From the NCBI GenBank assembly GCA_947462495.1, contig CANHOY010000001.1, positions 1-32,919 of the forward strand: 32,919 bases of DNA, read 5' to 3'. A program made the position numbers and the translations under genes. Shown here in pieces: positions 27,348 to 32,919 of the stretch. The DNA is from Bacteroidota bacterium. GTDB lineage: Bacteria; Bacteroidota; Bacteroidia; Chitinophagales; Chitinophagaceae. Below the pieces are notes generated by a model that searched no databases, was not told the DNA's origin, and saw only the letters and a list, made by a program, of their open reading frames with translations. How positions within the stretch are numbered: the first letter of the stretch is position 1; every line of letters begins with the position of its first letter.

Positions 27348-28058
27348 ATGACACCATTTGTTGCAGAAATACTAGGAACCGCATTGGTAGTAACGATAGG
27401 AGATGGCGTTGTCGCCAATAATATTTTACCTAATACCAAAGGAAACAATGGTGGTTTGGTGACCATTGTACTCGGTTGGGTGATTGCAGTTTTTATTGGT
27501 GTGTATGCTACAAGTAGTATTAGTGGTGGGCACTTAAATCCAGCTGTTACAATTGCACTTGCCAGTGCTGGAAAATTTAGTTGGGCCTTGGTCCCTTCTT
27601 ATATACTAGCGCAAATGTTAGGGGCTATGTTGGGGGCTTTCATAGTTTGGATGATTTATAAAGACCAATTCAATGAGTCCAAAGATCAAGGGGCGCAATT
27701 GGCTGTTTTTGCAACCGGGCCTTCTATTCGTAATTTGCCTCAAAACTTTATAGTAGAAACATTGGCTACCATGGTTTTTTTATTAGGCATATTTTTCTTA
27801 AAGCCTGCCAGTTCCGATTTAGGCGCTTTGTCTGCCTTGCCGGTATCCTTATTGGTGGGTGGAATTGGCTTTGGATTAGGCGGACCTACCGGTTGGGCCA
27901 TCAATCCAGCCAGGGATTTGGGACCTAGAATTATGCACTTTATCCTGCCTATCAAGGGAAAAGGGAGCAGCGATTGGGGTTATGCGGCTGTACCTGTTTT
28001 GGGCCCTATTGTGGGGGGAATTTTAGCTGCTTTTATCTACCTACAATTTTTGCAATAA
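27348..28058 (+). CDS. glpF: Glycerol uptake facilitator (MIP/aquaglyceroporin)
   Basis: Two NPA boxes (SGGHLNPAVT, AINPARDLGPR); adjacent to glpK. Confidence 0.93.
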   Translation: MTPFVAEILGTALVVTIGDGVVANNILPNTKGNNGGLVTIVLGWVIAVFIGVYATSSISGGHLNPAVTIALASAGKFSWALVPSYILAQMLGAMLGAFIVWMIYKDQFNESKDQGAQLAVFATGPSIRNLPQNFIVETLATMVFLLGIFFLKPASSDLGALSALPVSLLVGGIGFGLGGPTGWAINPARDLGPRIMHFILPIKGKGSSDWGYAAVPVLGPIVGGILAAFIYLQFLQ

Positions 28059-28071
28059 AGCTACAATGCCT

Positions 28072-28079
28072 TACCTTTG
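28072..28079 (+). promoter_or_regulatory. -7 promoter element of atpD-atpC
   Basis: Exact TAnnTTTG match (TACCTTTG), 18 nt before the atpD ATG. Confidence 0.65.
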
Positions 28080-28091
28080 CAACCGAAATAG

Positions 28092-29597
<1,506 letters not shown>

Positions 29598-29627
29598 TTA
29601 TAAATTTCGATTACTTAAACAGCTTTC

Positions 29628-29873
29628 ATGTTATTGGAAATATTAACACCAGAAAAAAAACTATTCAGCGGCGATGTGCAAGGCGTTCAATTGCCTGGCA
29701 TTGATGGTTTATTTGAAGTATTGGATAAGCACGCTCCCTTGGTGAGTGCTTTAGGGGTGGGTCAGGTAAAAGTGTTAAAAAAAGGCATGCCTTCAGAAAT
29801 GTATGCCATTCAAGGTGGTTTTGTTGAAGTGATCAATAATAAAACGACTGTTTTAGTGGAAGGTGTTTTATAA
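29628..29873 (+). CDS. atpC: F1Fo ATP synthase subunit epsilon (short, beta-sandwich only)
   Basis: LEILTPEK...LPG.DG.F.VL..HAPLVSAL..G...GGFVEV; follows atpD. Confidence 0.95.
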   Translation: MLLEILTPEKKLFSGDVQGVQLPGIDGLFEVLDKHAPLVSALGVGQVKVLKKGMPSEMYAIQGGFVEVINNKTTVLVEGVL

Positions 29874-29913
29874 CTTACCCTATCTGTTAAAAAGCCAACA
29901 TTATAAATAATTG

Positions 29914-29946
29914 TCCCGGTTGCCTTAGGTAGCCGGGATTTTTTTT
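29914..29946 (+). terminator. Rho-independent terminator after atpC
   Basis: TCCCGGTTGCC-TTA-GGTAGCCGGGA stem (two G.U pairs) followed by T8. Confidence 0.88.
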
Positions 29947-29984
29947 ATATTCACATACCCGTAACCAGGGTTGAAGCTTGTGTT

Positions 29985-31298
29985 ATGAAAAAAACATTTC
30001 CAATTATATTTACTTTAATAGGCTTATCCATTTTGGGTATCTTATTTATACAAATAACTTGGCTGCAGGGCTTGCTCATTTTATCTAAAAATCAATTGTC
30101 TGACAAGTTGAATCAGTCAGGTGTAATGGTTTCTAATGAAATTGCGAGAAAAATGAATAGTGGCTTGTCATTTCATTTTCCTAAAAAAGCATTAGGCTTA
30201 AACGATGATTATCATTTACATAGTTTTGAAGAAAATACTATAGCAGATACCTATAGTCGGGAAGAAATCAATTTAAAAATTAGAATCGCATTAGGAAAGT
30301 ATGGGTTAGGCGATATACATTTTGAGTTTGCTGTAGCGGATAAAAAAGGAAACATTGAGTTAAAGAGTAACAAGTTTGAAGAGGTATTTACGGATGAGGA
30401 GAATAGTTTACAAAGCAGGGTGTCGGTAATACCGCAGGATGTGATAGAGCCATCTGGTCCTTTTGAATCTATCATTATAGTCATGCCTAATGTGAAATTG
30501 TATTTATTACATGCTTTACAGTGGGTGATTGTTGGGGTGGTTTTATTTATATTAGTTGTACTGGCCGCTTTTTTTATTACCATCAGGTCATTATTGTCTC
30601 AAAGGAAGTTGGTAGAAATCAAAAGAGATTTTATCAATAACATGACCCATGAATTAAAAACACCATTGGCAACTATTTCCTTAGCGGTAGATGCATTAAG
30701 AAGTTCTAAAGTAAATACCGATCCAAAATCGGTCGAATACTTTATAAATATTATAAAGGAAGAAAATGTGCGCATGAATAAACATGTAGAAATTATTTTA
30801 CAAGCAGCGCAATTAGATAAAAAAGAAAATGAGTTAACTAAGCAACCCACGGATATACATGACTTAATTCAGGGGGTAGTAGATAGCTTTAAATTGCAGT
30901 TGGAAGGCAAGCCCTCCAATGTGCAAACTATATTAGAAGCCAATCCAGCCATTATTGAAGTGGATGAAGAGCATTTGTTACATGTGTTATCTAATTTAAT
31001 TGACAATGCCATTAAATATGCAAAAGAAACTATTGATATTGTTATTAAAACTAGGTCGGCAAATAATAAAATGTATATTACCATTGAAGACAAAGGCATT
31101 GGAATGAATGCAGATGCGATAAAGCATATTTTTGAAAAATTTTATAGAGCACATTCTGGCAACGTGCACGATGTAAAAGGGTATGGTTTAGGAATGAGTT
31201 ATGTAAAATGGGTCGTCGATTCCCATAAAGGAAATATTCAAGTAAAAAGTGAATTGGGCAAAGGCACTTCCATTGAAGTGGTATTACCTAATAGTTAG
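29985..31298 (+). CDS. Membrane sensor histidine kinase (HisKA plus HATPase_c; RprX-like)
   Basis: Two TM helices, H-box FINNMTHELKTPL, N-box NLIDNAIKY, G1 DKGIGM, F-box IFEKFYR, G2 GYGLGM. Confidence 0.92.
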   Translation: MKKTFPIIFTLIGLSILGILFIQITWLQGLLILSKNQLSDKLNQSGVMVSNEIARKMNSGLSFHFPKKALGLNDDYHLHSFEENTIADTYSREEINLKIRIALGKYGLGDIHFEFAVADKKGNIELKSNKFEEVFTDEENSLQSRVSVIPQDVIEPSGPFESIIIVMPNVKLYLLHALQWVIVGVVLFILVVLAAFFITIRSLLSQRKLVEIKRDFINNMTHELKTPLATISLAVDALRSSKVNTDPKSVEYFINIIKEENVRMNKHVEIILQAAQLDKKENELTKQPTDIHDLIQGVVDSFKLQLEGKPSNVQTILEANPAIIEVDEEHLLHVLSNLIDNAIKYAKETIDIVIKTRSANNKMYITIEDKGIGMNADAIKHIFEKFYRAHSGNVHDVKGYGLGMSYVKWVVDSHKGNIQVKSELGKGTSIEVVLPNS

Positions 31299-32643
31299 CC
31301 ATCCAAAACAAGGAGCCATCTCCGTAACTTAAAAAACGGTATTGGTGCTCAATAGCATGCTTGTAAATATTTTTCCATTTATCTCCAGTAATCGCAGCTA
31401 TAATAAGTAATAAGGTAGATTTAGGTTGATGAAAATTAGTAATCAACCCGTTGCATAGTCTAAAGGAATAGCCTGGAACAATCATTAATTTAGTACTGGC
31501 AATTAATTTAGTTAATTTTTTTAATTCCATCCAATCTAATAAAGCGGTTAGAGCTTCTTTTTTAGATATGTTTAATTCATTTAAATCATTGGCGTCCCAT
31601 TGTAGTAGTTTTAAATTAAAGGAGGCTAACTGTTCCAAAGTAGCCGTTTTTTTAAACTGAATTAATTTAACGCCAAACCAATAAAGCGATTCTATAGTAC
31701 GAAGGGAGGTGGTTCCAACTGAAATAACAGGAGCGGCTTTTTGATTATTTTCAAGTTTTTCTTTTTCAAATTCTTTTTGTAAGAAAAATTGAATGACCGA
31801 TTTAGGTACTTCAAAAAACTCTGCGTGCATGGGGTGGTCGCTTATGTTTTCAGTTTTTACAGGTAGAAAAGTTCCCGCCCCAACATGTAAAGTAAGAAAT
31901 TGACTGTCTATTTTTTTTGCAGCCAATGCATTGAATATATTTTCATTAAAATGTAAGCCAGCCGTGGGGGCTGCTACGGATCCTTCTTCTATTGCATAAG
32001 TGGTCTGGTATCGATCTTTGTCTTCAGGGGTGGTGGCCCTTTGAATATAAGGGGGAAGCGGTATGTTTCCAATCTGTTCAATAATTTCAGAAAAATGAAT
32101 ATCCTCCTCCCAAGAAAATTCAATTAAAAATTTTCCGTCTAAAGCTTCAATTTTTTTAGCTTGTATAATTATTTTTTTATCCTGTAGCTGAAAACTTTTT
32201 TCGAGCCAACCATCTTTCCATTTTTTAGCACCGCCCACTAAGCAAATCCATTCTACTTTTTTTGTGGCTTGCATGGCAATGGATACAGGACTATATTTAA
32301 TGCTGGGTTCTAAACAAAAAATTTCTATAATGCTATTGTCATTTTTGTTGGAACTATTCGAATTCGATTCTTTTAAATCACTAGTATTAGAAAAAGCAGT
32401 TTCGGTTTTATTATATTTTTCAAATAAAATTCTTGCTGCAATAACTTTACTATTGTTAAAAATCAAAGTGGATTTTTCTGGAATAAAATCTGCGATATGC
32501 GCATAAGTACTTTCGCCAATTATCTCTTTGTCCCAAACCAATAGCTTACTATCCGATCTATGGGCAGATGGAGTATAGGCTATGCATTGATCTGGTAAAT
32601 CATAATCAAATGCTTGAATAGGTAGGCTAGGACGTTCAATCAT
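31288..32643 (-). CDS. queA: S-adenosylmethionine:tRNA ribosyltransferase-isomerase
   Basis: FDYDLP, FNNSKVI.ARI, PLPPYI.R, YQT.YA..GSVAAPTAGLHF, TLHVGAGTF.PV, VGTTSLR.IES, TNFHQPKSTL, YRFLSYGD. Confidence 0.96.
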   Translation of the reverse strand: MIERPSLPIQAFDYDLPDQCIAYTPSAHRSDSKLLVWDKEIIGESTYAHIADFIPEKSTLIFNNSKVIAARILFEKYNKTETAFSNTSDLKESNSNSSNKNDNSIIEIFCLEPSIKYSPVSIAMQATKKVEWICLVGGAKKWKDGWLEKSFQLQDKKIIIQAKKIEALDGKFLIEFSWEEDIHFSEIIEQIGNIPLPPYIQRATTPEDKDRYQTTYAIEEGSVAAPTAGLHFNENIFNALAAKKIDSQFLTLHVGAGTFLPVKTENISDHPMHAEFFEVPKSVIQFFLQKEFEKEKLENNQKAAPVISVGTTSLRTIESLYWFGVKLIQFKKTATLEQLASFNLKLLQWDANDLNELNISKKEALTALLDWMELKKLTKLIASTKLMIVPGYSFRLCNGLITNFHQPKSTLLLIIAAITGDKWKNIYKHAIEHQYRFLSYGDGSLFWMANY

Positions 32644-32836
32644 GCCCTAAAGGTACATATTGCCTTGATTTTCATGCTAATTCACCTGTTTTTCACATAA
32701 AAAACGCGCTTTTCCACAGCAATACACAACCTCAACATCAATAATTCTTACAAAATGAATGGAATAGCCCTACTGCATTGATTTTCAGCTTGGTTTATTA
32801 CTTGTGGAAAACTAGAACCCCTGTTTTAGCCTTTGA

Positions 32837-32873
32837 AAGTGGGAAATTGTGTTAATTTGTGTGAACAAGTGGT
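32837..32873 (+). promoter_or_regulatory. MraZ operator: four GTG-core direct repeats at 10-bp period
   Basis: GTGGG (32839), GTGTT (32849), GTGTG (32859) and GTGGT (32869), directly upstream of an mraZ-like start. Confidence 0.7.
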
Positions 32874-32896
32874 AAAAATCACTTTAATTATTAACA

Positions 32897-32919
32897 ATGA
32901 CAGGCTTTCACGGAGAATA
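32897..32919 (+). CDS. mraZ: Start of division/cell-wall cluster repressor MraZ (truncated by window edge)
   Basis: MTGFHGE(Y) matches the MraZ N-terminus (F.GEY) and is preceded by the phased GTG repeats. Only 7 complete codons are visible. Confidence 0.65.

Overview
AT-rich Bacteroidota chromosome window; TAnnTTTG-type -7 promoters, T9SS genes and a split atpD-atpC suggest a Chitinophagaceae-like organism (inference). The right ~18 kb is core genome: DUF983, murF, ispF, gldJ, porU, porV, dut, DUF4292, envC-like, glpK, glpF, atpD, atpC, an orphan histidine kinase, queA and the first codons of mraZ. The left ~14 kb, between tatD and tRNA-Ser(GGA), is an accessory cell-surface locus. It holds two paralogous giant signal-peptide proteins built of 17-aa beta-roll repeats with phage-tail-fibre-like necks and different C-terminal tips. 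One is intact and ends in a peptidase-S74-type self-cleaving chaperone; the other is split by a 1-nt frameshift. The locus also has a T9SS type-A cargo protein and four small exported/outer-membrane proteins. The most striking unexplained feature is a ~140-nt module present three times in the same orientation (6258-6396, 11082-11222, 14090-14230), once fused to an unrelated porin-family gene. It consists of a -7 promoter, a ~55-nt leader folding into a three-way junction with a compensatory base-pair change that sequesters the AUG, and a homologous 25-aa signal peptide. All calls are from reading the sequence; no database searches were run.
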